Below, in pieces: positions 63,535-64,000 of a stretch of 64,000 bases of DNA. Position 1 is the first letter of the stretch. Every line of letters begins with the position of its first letter. The position numbers and the translations under genes are program-made. The stretch is from contig CAWGMK010000007.1 of the NCBI GenBank assembly GCA_963823655.1, forward strand, positions 64,001-128,000, written 5' to 3'. The stretch is from an uncultured Bacillota bacterium (GTDB taxonomy: Bacteria; Bacillota; DTU025; MWDF01). The notes under the pieces were generated by a model. That model did no database searches. It had not been told where the DNA came from and worked only from the letters and a program-made list of their open reading frames with translations.

Positions 63535-63562
63535 ATTATACCGAACATATGTTCGATGTCAA
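63535..63562 (-). promoter_or_regulatory. Consensus SigA promoter containing a LexA (SOS) box
   Basis: TTGACA(63557-63562)-N16-TATAAT(63535-63540) on the minus strand, with the palindrome CGAACATATGTTCG at 63542-63555. Confidence 0.85.
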
Positions 63563-63589
63563 TAAGCAAGGGGGTGTTTTCTACCCAAA

Positions 63590-64000
63590 ATGGAGCTAGA
63601 CAACATAAATGCACCACTATTCCAGGCCTTGAGGCGGCATGCCGACATGAACCCGTACCAGTTCCATGTGCCGGGGCATAAAGCGGGCAAGGCCTATCCG
63701 AAAGAGATATTTGAGTGGCTACGGGACTACGCGATGAGGATAGACCTCACCGAGCAGCCTGACATAGACTGCCTGCTTGCACCGTCCGGCCCGATAAAAG
63801 AGGCGCAGGACAATGCGGCAAGGACCTTCAAGTGCGACAGGACCTTCTTCCTTACGAACGGAAGCACATCCGGCGTGCAGGCGATGCTTCTTACGAACAC
63901 GAAGCCCGGTGGCAAGGTGATAATGCCCAGGGATGCCCACATGTCCGCTTTCAGCGGCCTAATAATGTCCGGTGCCTCCCCCATATTCGTATATCCGGAT
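63590..64000 (+). CDS. Arg/Lys/Orn decarboxylase, PLP-dependent (3' end outside the window)
   Basis: Translated by hand from ATG 63590: APLFQAL...FHVPGHK...DLTE...FFLTNGSTSG...RDAHMS. Confidence 0.9.
   Translation, partial: MELDNINAPLFQALRRHADMNPYQFHVPGHKAGKAYPKEIFEWLRDYAMRIDLTEQPDIDCLLAPSGPIKEAQDNAARTFKCDRTFFLTNGSTSGVQAMLLTNTKPGGKVIMPRDAHMSAFSGLIMSGASPIFVYPD

Overview
This window spans the replication origin of an anaerobic, Bacillota-like bacterium. Left of the origin, mostly on the minus strand, lie dnaB-lonC-rplI-yybS-rpsR-ssb-rpsF and ychF...parB-parA-rsmG-mnmG-mnmE-jag-yidC-yidD-rnpA-rpmH. Right of it, on the plus strand, lie dnaA-dnaN-yaaA-recF-dciA-ybjQ-gyrB-gyrA and a 16S-tRNAIle-tRNAAla-23S operon that has no 5S gene. 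A block of about 13 kb between rpsF and ychF carries an arsenic-resistance cluster, a liv ABC transporter and the most striking locus: a probable selenocysteine-containing, exported 11-heme cytochrome c (in-frame TGA plus a SECIS-like hairpin) next to an exported rhodanese. Other notable items are a GHKL-ATPase/wHTH gene between rpmH and dnaA, a non-canonical DnaA box (TTATCAACA) with a divergent DnaA, a LexA-boxed degenerate RNase H-fold gene, a secreted triple-repeat protein, and tandem stand-alone E2-like acyltransferases lacking the catalytic His. Five genes show small frameshifts, most likely assembly errors. All calls come from reading motifs by eye; no searches were run.
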